This document shows, one piece after another, positions 41,653-51,519 of a DNA stretch of 64,000 bases. Source of the DNA: Longimicrobiales bacterium (lineage in GTDB: Bacteria; Gemmatimonadota; Gemmatimonadetes; Longimicrobiales; Gaopeijiaceae); contig CBDANQ010000049.1 of NCBI GenBank assembly GCA_965197725.1, positions 11,443 through 75,442 on the forward strand. Direction: 5' to 3'. The notes beneath the pieces are model-generated. The model made no database searches. It saw nothing but the letters and a program-made list of their open reading frames with translations, and was not told the DNA's origin. The first letter of the stretch is position 1, and each line of letters starts with the position of its first letter. The position numbers were made by a program, and so were the translations under genes.

Positions 41653-42831
41653 TTACCCCGCTGACACTTCCTCTTCGTCGACACCGGGGATCTGATCGAG
41701 CAGACGCTCAATGAGGGCTAAGGTGCGTGGGTAGCTGACGATCATCACGACTACCGCGAGCCCTGTCCCCAGTGCGGGCCGCATCGAGATGCGTGCGACG
41801 AGCGCCCCCGAGAGCAGAGTTTCCAGTCCGGTCGCGACCAAGAGGCCGATGAGCGCGAGCGCGGTCAGCGCGACCACGCGGCGTGCGATCGCTGCCGAGT
41901 CGATGGCGCCGGTATAAAAGACCGCCATCGACACACCCCACAAGAACCCGAGCAGCCCGAGGTCCAGCAGAATCGGGCGCCACGCGATCGGCGGTTCGGA
42001 CCATCCGGTCGCGGACACCAGGACGTTGCCACCGATGAGCAGAGTGATCGCCGCGGTGAGCAGGGCAAGCCCGACAAGCATCCACCAAATGTCGGCGCGT
42101 TCTCCAGCGCCGCCCACCAGCCACGAGTGCCGGAGGTTGAGCACGACCATGCCGACGGCCATGAAGCGGACCAAATCCATGAGTGGGTTCAGCCCCGCGT
42201 CGGCGAGAGACCGCCCCACGAGTGCGTTCATCGACAGTACGACCGCAAGGAGAACCACGACCGCGATCCACGGAGCGGCTGGTGACAACAGGTGGCTGCG
42301 CGCAGCCTGAAGCGTGCGCAGACCGATGGGGAGCGACTCTGGGGGGGAGAGCTCCTCTGGGGTCAGCCTGCAGGGGAAGATCGACGTGAAGCGGATCATA
42401 CCAGCCAGGCCGAGCAATTCCACCAGAGGGAAGTGAGCCTGGAAAACCGTACGGAGTGCCCCGGGGTCGGGCCGCAGGAGCACGACGATGCCCGAGTATG
42501 CCAGCAGGTAACTCCAGGCCGCCAGGGTCACGGCGAGGACTCTGGCCCCCCTGTTCGGATCACCCCTGAAAACCAGCGCGATCGCGAGCAGACCCGAGCT
42601 CACTGACACGACCGCATCCGCCGCGACCAGCGTCAGGAACGACGGCGTTGGGTTGCCGACCAGCGTTCCAGCCAAGCCGAGCGAAACGCCGGAGAGAGCA
42701 TCCAGATGCGCGACCTGCCCGACCATCGCGGAGACAGCGAGCAGCAGAACGAGAACACGCGCGACCAGCGTCGCCGCCAACGTCATGAGTCGGTTCCATC
42801 TCCGGAGTGGGCTGCGTTTCAATAGTGCCAT
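41653..42831 (-). CDS. Polytopic membrane protein, unknown function; start uncertain
   Basis: Long hydrophobic ORF with about 9-10 TM segments. Confidence 0.7.
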   Translation of the reverse strand: MALLKRSPLRRWNRLMTLAATLVARVLVLLLAVSAMVGQVAHLDALSGVSLGLAGTLVGNPTPSFLTLVAADAVVSVSSGLLAIALVFRGDPNRGARVLAVTLAAWSYLLAYSGIVVLLRPDPGALRTVFQAHFPLVELLGLAGMIRFTSIFPCRLTPEELSPPESLPIGLRTLQAARSHLLSPAAPWIAVVVLLAVVLSMNALVGRSLADAGLNPLMDLVRFMAVGMVVLNLRHSWLVGGAGERADIWWMLVGLALLTAAITLLIGGNVLVSATGWSEPPIAWRPILLDLGLLGFLWGVSMAVFYTGAIDSAAIARRVVALTALALIGLLVATGLETLLSGALVARISMRPALGTGLAVVVMIVSYPRTLALIERLLDQIPGVDEEEVSAG

Positions 42832-43061
42832 CGGAACCCGCGGCGCCACAAGCGTGGAAACCCGCTGCTGCGCGCCCGGATCACGAGGTCCCCGACTTGC
42901 GCACGCTGGTCGAGGGGATAGACCTGTAGTCCCCCACAGGGGGCTCAGTCTCGGCGGGGCAACCCCTCGCCGTTCTCAGCCCTTCGGTTTAGAATTGAGC
43001 GTTGCACGGACCCACCGTGCCCGCGTGGGGCACTGTATTCGGTATATCTGACGGTTTCGCG

Positions 43062-44678
43062 ATGCGCTTCGCCTACATGGACTCCCACGGCAACGAAGTC
43101 CCCATTCCGAGCGTCGACGCACTAGCGCTACGCATCGAGCTCGGCGCGATCAGCGCCGATACAGAGCTGTACGACGCTCAGGCTGACCGGTGGGGACCGG
43201 CGCACACGCACGACATCTTCCACACGCTGTCGCGAGATGCGGAAGAGGAGGGTTTCGTAGCTCCTCCCCCCGCAATGGCGCCGCAGCCCCCGGCGTCAGA
43301 ATCACCTTCGGCTGAAGGTGCCGAATCGGAGGCGGACGCTGGCCTCGATGACCTCGACTTTTCTCTTGCCGACGCACCTGAGGTGGAACCGGTTGGCGGT
43401 GCGAGCGCCGACGCCGGGGACACGGACTTTAGTGAGTTGGGCTTCGAACCGGCTCCCGAGGCCGCGGATGAGCCCTCGGGTGACGGCGCCGACGAGGAGG
43501 ACGGCGGCTTCGACTTCGGCGACTTCAGCGCCCTGATTGAGGGAGAGCTATCGGTCGGCGCCGAATCGGAATCGGAAACTGTGTCGGCGGACCCGGGTGG
43601 TGGAATGGACTCGCCGATGGACCTGTCAGGTGAGGGGATGCAGTTGGAGCCGCCGATGGACTTCGCGGGCGGGGACGATACCGGGATCTCGGCGGGAGGA
43701 CTCGAGCTCGAACAGCCCCTGTCGGACTACACGCCTGAAGCTCCCCAAGCCTCGCAGCAGGAGGACCAGGATGACGGTGCGATGGATTTCGGGGGCGGAA
43801 TTTCCTCGCCAGCGGTCAGCGACCCGTCGGAGACCGCTCGCGTCGCGGGCGGGGACGAGGCGCCAAGCGAGCGGAAGCCACGTTCACGGCCCTCAGCTCC
43901 ACGCCGACCGACGAAGGTCCCAGTCGGCATGATCGTCGGGGTGGTCGTCATCTTAGGGGGCGGGGCTGCCGGTTTCTTCGCCTGGCAGTCGTTTGCGGGC
44001 ACTGAGGGGGTCGAGACCCCCGCGCTTCCGGCGGTCGTGATTCCAGACATCCCGGCCGAACTTCTGCCCCGCATGAGGGACATGGCGGAGGCTGCGGTCA
44101 TCGAGATGGTAGAAGACTTGCGCGGCCGATCGGCGGCGCTGGACATCCCGACCCAGCCCCGAGACGCGTGGTTGGGCGGCGACTACCTTTCCAATGCCAG
44201 CCAGTTCGAGGACATCGAGCAGTTCTGGGTGGGCATCGAGCGCTTCGTCGATGATGTGAGGAGTACGGACGCGCAGCTCTTCCATGACAAGTACGTGCAA
44301 CAAACCGAAGCGGCGGGTATCGCGGCAGACACGGCGGCCATGCTGATCGAGAGGGCCGACTCAGGGTTCGTCGCTGCTCGCGACGGGCGCTTCGAGGCGT
44401 ACAACCTGATGGACGATCTGCTGAACGCGGCGCTCGACCTCCACTTGTTCCTGCTCGACAACGAACCGATGATCGCATATGAACCTGCGAGCGCGGGTGT
44501 CTCGCGCGATCCGGTGCTCGAGGCGGTACCGAGCACGGAGATGCTAGGGGAAGAGATGTGGGGCCTCGTCGGCGGTATCACCGACGCCCTCGCCGCGCTT
44601 GGAACCCTCGACCGCGTGACTCGGGAGCGGCTGTTCGCTGTGCTCTTCGACCGAATTCGGAGCGCAGGCATCCAGTAG
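43062..44678 (+). CDS. Hypothetical bitopic protein: small N-terminal domain, acidic low-complexity linker, TM, helical C-terminal domain
   Basis: Long ORF; D/E/G/P-rich middle; GMIVGVVVILGGGAAGFFAW TM. Confidence 0.75.
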   Translation: MRFAYMDSHGNEVPIPSVDALALRIELGAISADTELYDAQADRWGPAHTHDIFHTLSRDAEEEGFVAPPPAMAPQPPASESPSAEGAESEADAGLDDLDFSLADAPEVEPVGGASADAGDTDFSELGFEPAPEAADEPSGDGADEEDGGFDFGDFSALIEGELSVGAESESETVSADPGGGMDSPMDLSGEGMQLEPPMDFAGGDDTGISAGGLELEQPLSDYTPEAPQASQQEDQDDGAMDFGGGISSPAVSDPSETARVAGGDEAPSERKPRSRPSAPRRPTKVPVGMIVGVVVILGGGAAGFFAWQSFAGTEGVETPALPAVVIPDIPAELLPRMRDMAEAAVIEMVEDLRGRSAALDIPTQPRDAWLGGDYLSNASQFEDIEQFWVGIERFVDDVRSTDAQLFHDKYVQQTEAAGIAADTAAMLIERADSGFVAARDGRFEAYNLMDDLLNAALDLHLFLLDNEPMIAYEPASAGVSRDPVLEAVPSTEMLGEEMWGLVGGITDALAALGTLDRVTRERLFAVLFDRIRSAGIQ

Positions 44679-44689
44679 ACGCGACACTA

Positions 44690-44856
44690 AGGCGAATCAG
44701 CGACAGCGGATCGGTCGCGTCCTACACCGCGACCCGGTTCCCCAGCACTTCGGCGAGATCGCGCGTGACGAGGATCGCCGACCCCTCCGACAGGCCGATC
44801 CCCAGCAAATGTGGGTATTCTTCCAAGACGTCGATGAGGTTGTTTTCGCGGCCCGG
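44690..44856 (-). pseudogene. Cyanophycinase/peptidase S51-like C-terminal fragment
   Basis: GRENNLIDVLEEYPHLLGIGLSEGSAILV...EVLG, then in-frame TAG. Confidence 0.5.
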
Positions 44857-44999
44857 TCGCCTCTTTGAGCGGAGCCGCGAGGGCCGCGAGGTCGGCGACT
44901 GAACGGCCGCGCGTATGCAGGACCTCGAGCCTGCTCGACACCGGCCTTCTGGAGCTCCTCGATCGCGGTCAAGCCGTTGTGAGAGCCGTAGGGAGACCT

Positions 45000-45608
45000 C
45001 TAGAGGTAGGGATTCTCGCCCGAGGCATGATCTGTTACGTCGTGCACGGCGGTCAGCTCTGGGACCTCCTCCCTCAGCATGCGCTCCACACCTTGCCGCA
45101 GCGTCGCGCGGGAGAGCGCGCAACCCTGGCATCCACCGCTCATCTCGACCGAGATCTCCGTATCATGGACGTCGATCAGGGAGATCTGGCCTCCGTGGGC
45201 AGCGATTGCCGGGTTCACGTTGTTGTCGAGGACTTCGCGTACGCGATCGGCGATCTCCCCGGTCGGAGGCATAGCCGGCCGTGCCGTCGTGGCCTCGGCT
45301 CCGTCGGCCGATGCCGTGTCACGCGTGCGGACCTCGAAACCGCTCTCGTTCACTCGATCGACGTAGTCGACGGTCGCTCCCTCGAGTCGCTCGATCGCCG
45401 TCTCGTGCAATAGGACGGAAAAGTCACCGAGGTCCACCTCTCGCTCGTCTTCACTGCGCTCCCGGAGCGCGACCAGAGTCAGGTCGAACTTGGGTCCTGC
45501 CTGGGGGTCGCCGTCCCGAAGTGAGATACGTAGCGCTTCCGACTCGCCCTCACTCTTGCCGAGGAACGAGAGAACTTCTTCGTGAGCGCGGTCTGTAAAC
45601 GTGATCAT
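45000..45608 (-). CDS. nfuA: Fe-S cluster biogenesis protein NfuA (A-type domain + NifU-C)
   Basis: GATVDYV...GFEV; VNPAIAAHGG, MSGGCQGC, DVTDHASGENPY. Confidence 0.9.
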   Translation of the reverse strand: MITFTDRAHEEVLSFLGKSEGESEALRISLRDGDPQAGPKFDLTLVALRERSEDEREVDLGDFSVLLHETAIERLEGATVDYVDRVNESGFEVRTRDTASADGAEATTARPAMPPTGEIADRVREVLDNNVNPAIAAHGGQISLIDVHDTEISVEMSGGCQGCALSRATLRQGVERMLREEVPELTAVHDVTDHASGENPYL

Positions 45609-45694
45609 GCGAAATCGCGGTGTGGGTGACTTCTACGAATCCGACACAACTGTTACCCGACCCCGCGCCGCGGGTTTCTACACCCTCCAGGCCG

Positions 45695-45723
45695 TTGATC
45701 GCCCACAGGGCCACGGATACCTT
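45695..45723 (+). promoter_or_regulatory. Sigma70-like promoter for glyQS
   Basis: TTGATC-N17-TACCTT. Confidence 0.5.
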
Positions 45724-45772
45724 TCGCGGCCCGACTCCTGACGACGAAACCCCCCGAAACTAAAGGGGATTC

Positions 45773-47089
45773 ATGGCCAAACCCGACCTCATGGACAAGC
45801 TCGTATCGCTGTGCAAACGGCGGGGCTATGTCTTCCAGTCCTCGGAGATCTACGGCGGCACCGGGTCTGTGTGGGACTACGGTTCGCTCGGCGCCGAGCT
45901 CAAGCGGAACGTGAAGGATCTCTGGTGGTCGTCGATGGTCCACCAGCGCGACGACATCGAGGGCATAGACGCCGCCATCTTGATGCACCCGAAGGTTTGG
46001 CAGGCGTCAGGTCACGTGGAGGGGTTTTCGGACCCGCTGGTGGAGTGCAAGAACTGTCACTGCCGCTTCCGCGCCGATCTGCCGGAGGTCGAGGACGGAC
46101 AGTGCCCGACGTGCGGCACGAGGAACGCCTTCACCGAGCCCCGCATGTTCAACCTCATGTTCAAGACGTTCATGGGGCCTGTGGAGGACTCTTCCGCGAC
46201 GATCTACATCCGTCCGGAGACCGCCCAGGGCAGCTACGTGAACTTCCTGAACGTTCAGGGAACGGCGCGCCAGAAGGTGCCATTTGGAATCGCGCAGATC
46301 GGCAAGGCGTTCCGCAACGAGATCACGCCGGGGAACTTCATCTTCCGCACGCGTGAGTTCGAGCAAGCCGAGATGCAGTTCTTCGTAAAGCCTGGCGACG
46401 ATGAGTCGTGGTTCGATCAGTGGATGGAGATCCGCATGCAGTGGCACAGGGATCTCGGAATCGACGAAACGAAGCTGCGTTTTCACGCGCACGGTCCTGA
46501 CGAGCTCGCCCACTATGCCAAGAAGGCGTTCGACATCGAGTACGAGTTTCCGTTCGGGTGGAAGGAGCTCGAGGGCATCCACAACCGCACGGACTTCGAT
46601 CTGGCCCGGCATCAGGAGTACTCGGGCAAGCGGCTCGAGTACATCGACGCGCCCACGAACGAACGGTTCCTTCCGTACGTCGTCGAGACGGCCATGGGGG
46701 TCGACCGCGCCGTACTCGTCCTGCTCGTCGACGCGTACAGGGAGGAAGACATCGACGGCGACCAACGTGTAGTGCTGGGGCTGAACCCCAAGGTGGCGCC
46801 CACGAAGGCTGCGGTCTTTCCGCTCGTGAAGAAGGACGGCATGCCCGAGATCTCACAGAAGCTGCAGGCCGATCTACGCGCAGCGGCGATCCCCTCCTTC
46901 CATGACCAATCCGGGGCGATCGGGCGGCGATACCGCCGACAGGACGAGGTCGGGACGCCCTGGTGCATCACGGTCGATGGTGAGACTGGCGAGCAGAACT
47001 CCGTGACCATCCGTGACCGTGACTCGCTCCAGCAGGTGCGGGTGGGGACCGACAAGGTGGTCGAGTGGATCCAGGAGCGCTTGATCTGA
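45773..47089 (+). CDS. glyQS: Glycine-tRNA ligase (alpha2 type)
   Basis: SLCKRRG, SSEIYGG, RPETAQG, FRNEITP, FRTREFEQ, YRRQDEVGTP. Confidence 0.96.
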   Translation: MAKPDLMDKLVSLCKRRGYVFQSSEIYGGTGSVWDYGSLGAELKRNVKDLWWSSMVHQRDDIEGIDAAILMHPKVWQASGHVEGFSDPLVECKNCHCRFRADLPEVEDGQCPTCGTRNAFTEPRMFNLMFKTFMGPVEDSSATIYIRPETAQGSYVNFLNVQGTARQKVPFGIAQIGKAFRNEITPGNFIFRTREFEQAEMQFFVKPGDDESWFDQWMEIRMQWHRDLGIDETKLRFHAHGPDELAHYAKKAFDIEYEFPFGWKELEGIHNRTDFDLARHQEYSGKRLEYIDAPTNERFLPYVVETAMGVDRAVLVLLVDAYREEDIDGDQRVVLGLNPKVAPTKAAVFPLVKKDGMPEISQKLQADLRAAAIPSFHDQSGAIGRRYRRQDEVGTPWCITVDGETGEQNSVTIRDRDSLQQVRVGTDKVVEWIQERLI

Positions 47090-47090
47090 T

Positions 47091-47124
47091 GGGATCACCG
47101 TAAAGGGATCACTTTAAAGGGATC
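47091..47124. repeat. 14-bp-period tandem repeat (GGGATCACnnTAAA x2 + GGGATC)
   Basis: Seen directly; fills the glyQS-transporter gap. Confidence 0.7.
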
Positions 47125-47128
47125 GCGC

Positions 47129-48589
47129 GTGGCCTCGAAGTCCGAAATTTTCAGTTCGCGGTGGGGAATGTTGCTCGCCATGCTCGGCATGGCGGTGGGT
47201 ACGGGTAACATCTGGCGCTTCCCGCGCATCGCCGCGAGCAACGGGGGAGGTTCGTTCCTGGTTGCGTGGGTCGTCTTCCTGCTCCTGTGGTCGGTTCCCC
47301 TGCTCATCCTCGAATTCGCGATGGGGAAGGGGACGCGGCAGGGTGCGATCGGGGCGTTCGTGAAGACTCTGGGGCCGAAGTTCGCCTGGATGGGCGCGTT
47401 CATCGTGTTCGTCGCGACGGCGATCATGTTCTACTACAGCGTCGTGATGGGGTGGACGATCCGATTCTTCGTCGGCACCCTGACCGGTGAGGTGCCTGGC
47501 GCGACGCCGAGCGTGTTCTGGGACTCCTTCCACTCGACCCCGGGTGCGCTCGTCACGCACGTCATCGCGATGGCAATGGGGGTCTTCGTCGTCGCGAAGG
47601 GCGTGAAGGGGATCGAAACCGCAGCCAAGGTCCTGATCCCGAGTCTCATCGTCCTGGTCATGGTGCTCGCCCTCCGCGCGGTCACCTTGCCAGGAGCGAG
47701 CGCGGGGCTCGCCTTTCTCTTTACACCCGACTGGGCCGCGCTCGGCAACTTTCAGATCTGGATCGAAGCGCTCACGCAAAACGCTTGGGATACGGGCGCG
47801 GGGTGGGGGCTGGTGCTCACATACGCGGTGTACATGCGAGCGAACGAAGACACAGCGCTCAATGCGTTCGTGATCGGCTTTGGCAACAACGCGATGTCCC
47901 TACTCGCGGGAATCATGGTCCTGTGCACCGTCTTTTCGGTCATGCCCGAGGCCGCGAACGAGATCGTCGGAGCGGGGAACGAGGGCCTGACGTTCATCTG
48001 GGTGCCCCAGCTCTTCACGCGTATTCCGGGCGGACGCTTCTTCCAGGCGCTCTTCTTTCTCGCTCTCGTCTTCGCGGCGTGGACGAGCCTGGTTGCGATG
48101 ATCGAGCTCGCGAGCCGAGTCCTGATGGATCTGGGCATGACGCGCGGGCGCGCGATCGGCATCGTGGGAACGGCTGGCGTGCTCTTCGGCATACCGAGTG
48201 CGCTCAAGCTCGAAGTCTTCCAGAACCAGGACTGGGTGTGGAGCGTTGCGCTCATGCTCGCCGGCTTCTTCTTTGCGTTCGCGGTGCTGCGCTACGGTGT
48301 GAGCAAGTGGCGGGAGACCTTCATCAACCACGAAGGCTCGGATATCCACATCGGGGCCTGGTGGGATTGGGCGATGCGCCTGGTCGCGGTGGAAGCCGTC
48401 GTGCTCGCGGCCTGGTGGCTCTGGGGAGCGCGCACCGACGATTTGCGTGAGACTTGGACACTGTTCAGCCCCTACAACGTCGGCTCCGTACTGATGCAAT
48501 TCGGGATCGTGCTCGTCGTGGTCGTCCTAGCGAACGACTGGCTTGCGGTCCGGGTGCGGGAGCGCCGTACGATGCACGACGAGGCCTGA
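47129..48589 (+). CDS. Sodium-dependent transporter, NSS/SNF family
   Basis: AVGTGNIWRFP, NGGGSF, KGIE, GLTFIWVP. Confidence 0.93.
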   Translation: MASKSEIFSSRWGMLLAMLGMAVGTGNIWRFPRIAASNGGGSFLVAWVVFLLLWSVPLLILEFAMGKGTRQGAIGAFVKTLGPKFAWMGAFIVFVATAIMFYYSVVMGWTIRFFVGTLTGEVPGATPSVFWDSFHSTPGALVTHVIAMAMGVFVVAKGVKGIETAAKVLIPSLIVLVMVLALRAVTLPGASAGLAFLFTPDWAALGNFQIWIEALTQNAWDTGAGWGLVLTYAVYMRANEDTALNAFVIGFGNNAMSLLAGIMVLCTVFSVMPEAANEIVGAGNEGLTFIWVPQLFTRIPGGRFFQALFFLALVFAAWTSLVAMIELASRVLMDLGMTRGRAIGIVGTAGVLFGIPSALKLEVFQNQDWVWSVALMLAGFFFAFAVLRYGVSKWRETFINHEGSDIHIGAWWDWAMRLVAVEAVVLAAWWLWGARTDDLRETWTLFSPYNVGSVLMQFGIVLVVVVLANDWLAVRVRERRTMHDEA

Positions 48590-48605
48590 TCAGGCCACCA
48601 TCGGA

Positions 48606-48637
48606 TTCGAGCATGGAGTTCGAGCATGGAGTTCGAG
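48606..48637. repeat. 13-bp tandem duplication at a gene start (TTCGAGCATGGAG x2 + TTCGAG)
   Basis: Seen directly. Confidence 0.8.
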
Positions 48638-49360
48638 GCGTTCGAGGCTGCGGCCCGCGCCGCCTACCAAGAGATTCCCGACGCGTTCAAGAGAGGCGTC
48701 GGCGGGCTCGTGGTGAGCCGCGAAGCGTTGGCCCACCCCGAGCACCCCGACGTCTTCACCCTGGGGCACTGCCTGACCGAGGACCACCCCTCGGACTACG
48801 GAAGTCCGGACACCACGCGCTCCGTCATCGCCCTCTATTGGGGCTCGTTTCGTCAATTGGCGAGGCGAGACCCCAGCTTCGATTGGGACGAAGAGTTGTG
48901 GCAGACGCTCACCCACGAGCTGCGCCACCATATCGAGTCCCTGGCCGGTGAGGCCGACCTCGAGGGCGTCGACTACGCTGCCGACGAGACGTTCAAGCGG
49001 GACGAGGGGCTCGACTTCGATCCCTGGTACTACCAACAGGGGGATGCTGTGGCTCCCGGCACGTTTCGCGTGGAGAACAGTTGGTACCTCGAGCAGTCCT
49101 GGACCTCCGGAGCTTTCGAACGCGCGACCCACCTCGACTTCGAATGGGACGGGGTCGCGCTGCGGGTACCGCGGCCCGACGCACTCGGCGACGTGCATTT
49201 CGTGTGGATCCATCGTGTCGAGCTAGAGCAGGCGACGCTCGAGCTCGTGTTATTGCGAAACCGCACCTGGTGGGAGGATGTGAAACGGTTGGCTGGAGCC
49301 TCACGACCGGTCGTATACGAGTCGGAGGCCGAGGCGGAACCCGCCACCGGCGCGGGGTAG
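48626..49360 (+). CDS. Zincin-like metallopeptidase family protein
   Basis: IALYWGSF, TLTHELRHH (HExxH). Confidence 0.75.
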   Translation: MEFEAFEAAARAAYQEIPDAFKRGVGGLVVSREALAHPEHPDVFTLGHCLTEDHPSDYGSPDTTRSVIALYWGSFRQLARRDPSFDWDEELWQTLTHELRHHIESLAGEADLEGVDYAADETFKRDEGLDFDPWYYQQGDAVAPGTFRVENSWYLEQSWTSGAFERATHLDFEWDGVALRVPRPDALGDVHFVWIHRVELEQATLELVLLRNRTWWEDVKRLAGASRPVVYESEAEAEPATGAG

Positions 49361-49370
49361 GGGGGCTGCA

Positions 49371-50156
49371 ATGACGCTCCACGACCTTTACGCCCGCCTG
49401 ACGCCGTACGAGATCGCGTTCCAGGACCGGGCCGACGTGGAGGCGTTGATCGTCGAGATCGCAGAGGAGGCTGAGAGGCGCGGCGCTGACCCGTCGAGCC
49501 CACAGGCGTTCATCACGATGGGTTCCGTGGGTGCTTTCGTGCGGGAGTTACAGGGGCCCGACGCTCCTCCCGAAACGATCCACCAGTACGGAACCCTGGT
49601 ATTCCAGGCAGTCCATTTCACCGCTGCCGATTGCCCGCTGTATCTGCTCGGCATTCACGCGTCTCGGTACCTCGTCGATGGGGTGCCGGACGGAGACCCG
49701 GTGCCTCCCACACCGGCGGGGTACCTGCAGCTACCTCAGCACCTGTTTTGGACCGTCGGCGGTGAAGCGGACACAGCCGAATCGATCGACGGCATGTTCT
49801 GGATGATCTCCGGGGCAGGTCTGCTTCACGTCCTGCTCGTCACCGGACTCCGTCCGGACCGTCCAGGATTCGGCACGATTTCGCTGCCAGAGGCCCCGGT
49901 CGAGGAAGCCGGGGCGTGGCTCGACACCGACGCGCGGGAATCGGCCCCCGACTTCTCGAGCGCGCTTCCTGGCAGCGAGCTGGATGGGCTGTACTCCGTA
50001 TGCGCGGCCGGAGAGGCGCTCAAGCTGCTCGCACGTTTTTTTGCGTACGCTTCGGCCGTACCGGGTGCGCTCCAGACCGTCGACGTACCTGTTCGGTGCG
50101 ACGGTGTGCCTGCTCCCTCTGCCCTCTCCCACGTCCGGGTGACGCTGCATGCCTAG
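49371..50156 (+). CDS. Hypothetical protein
   Basis: 261-aa ORF closely packed between neighbours, overlapping the nth start. Confidence 0.7.
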   Translation: MTLHDLYARLTPYEIAFQDRADVEALIVEIAEEAERRGADPSSPQAFITMGSVGAFVRELQGPDAPPETIHQYGTLVFQAVHFTAADCPLYLLGIHASRYLVDGVPDGDPVPPTPAGYLQLPQHLFWTVGGEADTAESIDGMFWMISGAGLLHVLLVTGLRPDRPGFGTISLPEAPVEEAGAWLDTDARESAPDFSSALPGSELDGLYSVCAAGEALKLLARFFAYASAVPGALQTVDVPVRCDGVPAPSALSHVRVTLHA

Positions 50157-50799
50157 TGAGTCGAAGAGGGCCAAGACCGCGCGCGCGGCCGAGGCGTTCG
50201 ACCTGTTGACGGAGGAGTACCCGGAAGCGCACTGCGAGCTCGACTTCGTCGACCCCTTTCAGCTGGGCGTGGCGACGATTCTGTCCGCGCAGACGACCGA
50301 CGTGCGCGTCAACATGATCACTCCCGAACTGTTCAAGCGGTACGCCACGGCGGAGGCGCTCGCGAACGCCGCGCAACCAGACGTCGAGCAGATCGTAAAG
50401 TCGACCGGATTCTTCCGGAACAAGACCAAGAACATCATCGGGTTCGCGCGCGGGCTCATGGCGGACCACGGTGGCGACGTACCGAAAACCATGGCGGAGC
50501 TTGCGGCATTGCCCGGAGTCGGGCGGAAGACCGCGAACGTGATCCTCGGCAGCGCCTTCGGTATCGACGAGGGAGTAGTGGTCGACACGCACGTGAAACG
50601 GCTCTCGACGCTGCTCCGCTTCACGAAGGAGAAGACGCCCGAGAAGGTCGAACAGGACCTGATGGCGCTCTTCCCCAGGGAACGCTGGACGTTGCTGTCC
50701 CACCTGCTCATTTGGCACGGCCGCCGCGTGTGTGATGCGAAGCAGCCGAGGTGCGAAGCTTGCACGCTCTCAGGATTGTGCCCTTCGTCACGCGTGTAA
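50149..50799 (+). CDS. nth: Endonuclease III
   Basis: LSAQTTD, LPGVGRKTANV, VDTHV, C-x6-C-x2-C-x5-C. Confidence 0.96.
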   Translation: MPSESKRAKTARAAEAFDLLTEEYPEAHCELDFVDPFQLGVATILSAQTTDVRVNMITPELFKRYATAEALANAAQPDVEQIVKSTGFFRNKTKNIIGFARGLMADHGGDVPKTMAELAALPGVGRKTANVILGSAFGIDEGVVVDTHVKRLSTLLRFTKEKTPEKVEQDLMALFPRERWTLLSHLLIWHGRRVCDAKQPRCEACTLSGLCPSSRV

Positions 50800-50864
50800 G
50801 AAGGCTGTTGAAGAAGTACAGTGGGCCGCGCCATGTGCCCAACACGATCATGAAAGGACACACG

Positions 50865-51434
50865 ATGCCCGACCGAGCACATGCCGTCGCCCTGCTGGAA
50901 GAGTGGGTCGATAACGAAGGCCTGCGGAAACACATGTACGCCGTCGAGGCCGCGGTGCGGCTCTACGCTCGCCTTCGCGGGGGAGACGAAGAGATGTGGG
51001 GCCTCGCCGGCCTGCTGCACGACCTCGACTGGGAGAAGTATCCGGAGAATCACCCCGTCACCGCCGTCGACCACCTGCGGGAGGCGGGATATCCCGAGCA
51101 GGTATTGCAGGCGATCCTCGCACACCGGTCCAGCTTTACCGGGGTCGAGCCGACGAGCGAGCTGGACAGGGTCCTGCTCGCGTGCGATGAGCTTTCCGGT
51201 CTCGTGTACGCCTGCTGCCTCGTGCGCCCGAACGGCATCGACGACCTCAAACCGAAGTCCGTGACGAAGAAGCTGAAGGACAAGACGTTCGCCGCCGGAG
51301 TGAGCCGGGACGAGGTCGCGCACGGGGTCGAGGTCATCGGTTTGGAGCGGAGCGAGCACATCCAGAACGTGATCGACGGGCTGCGCAGCATCGCGGAGCG
51401 ACTCGAGATTCGTGCCGAGGACCGGGCCGGTTGA
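50865..51434 (+). CDS. HD/HDIG domain phosphohydrolase family protein
   Basis: KHMYAVE, GLLHDLDWE, ACDELSG, FAAGVSR. Confidence 0.88.
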   Translation: MPDRAHAVALLEEWVDNEGLRKHMYAVEAAVRLYARLRGGDEEMWGLAGLLHDLDWEKYPENHPVTAVDHLREAGYPEQVLQAILAHRSSFTGVEPTSELDRVLLACDELSGLVYACCLVRPNGIDDLKPKSVTKKLKDKTFAAGVSRDEVAHGVEVIGLERSEHIQNVIDGLRSIAERLEIRAEDRAG

Positions 51435-51519
51435 GGCTCCTTCACATGCGCCTCGCGTCCTTCGCCCCCGCCACCCTGATCGGGGTGTCCGCCTACGTTC
51501 ACGCTGACCTACGCGATTC

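Noticed and set aside
42852..43061. SRP RNA, TPP or SAH riboswitch assignment
   Set aside because: Missing the SRP TCAGG-GGAA-AGCAG core, the TPP GAACCTGA segment and the SAH CAGGCTC segment.
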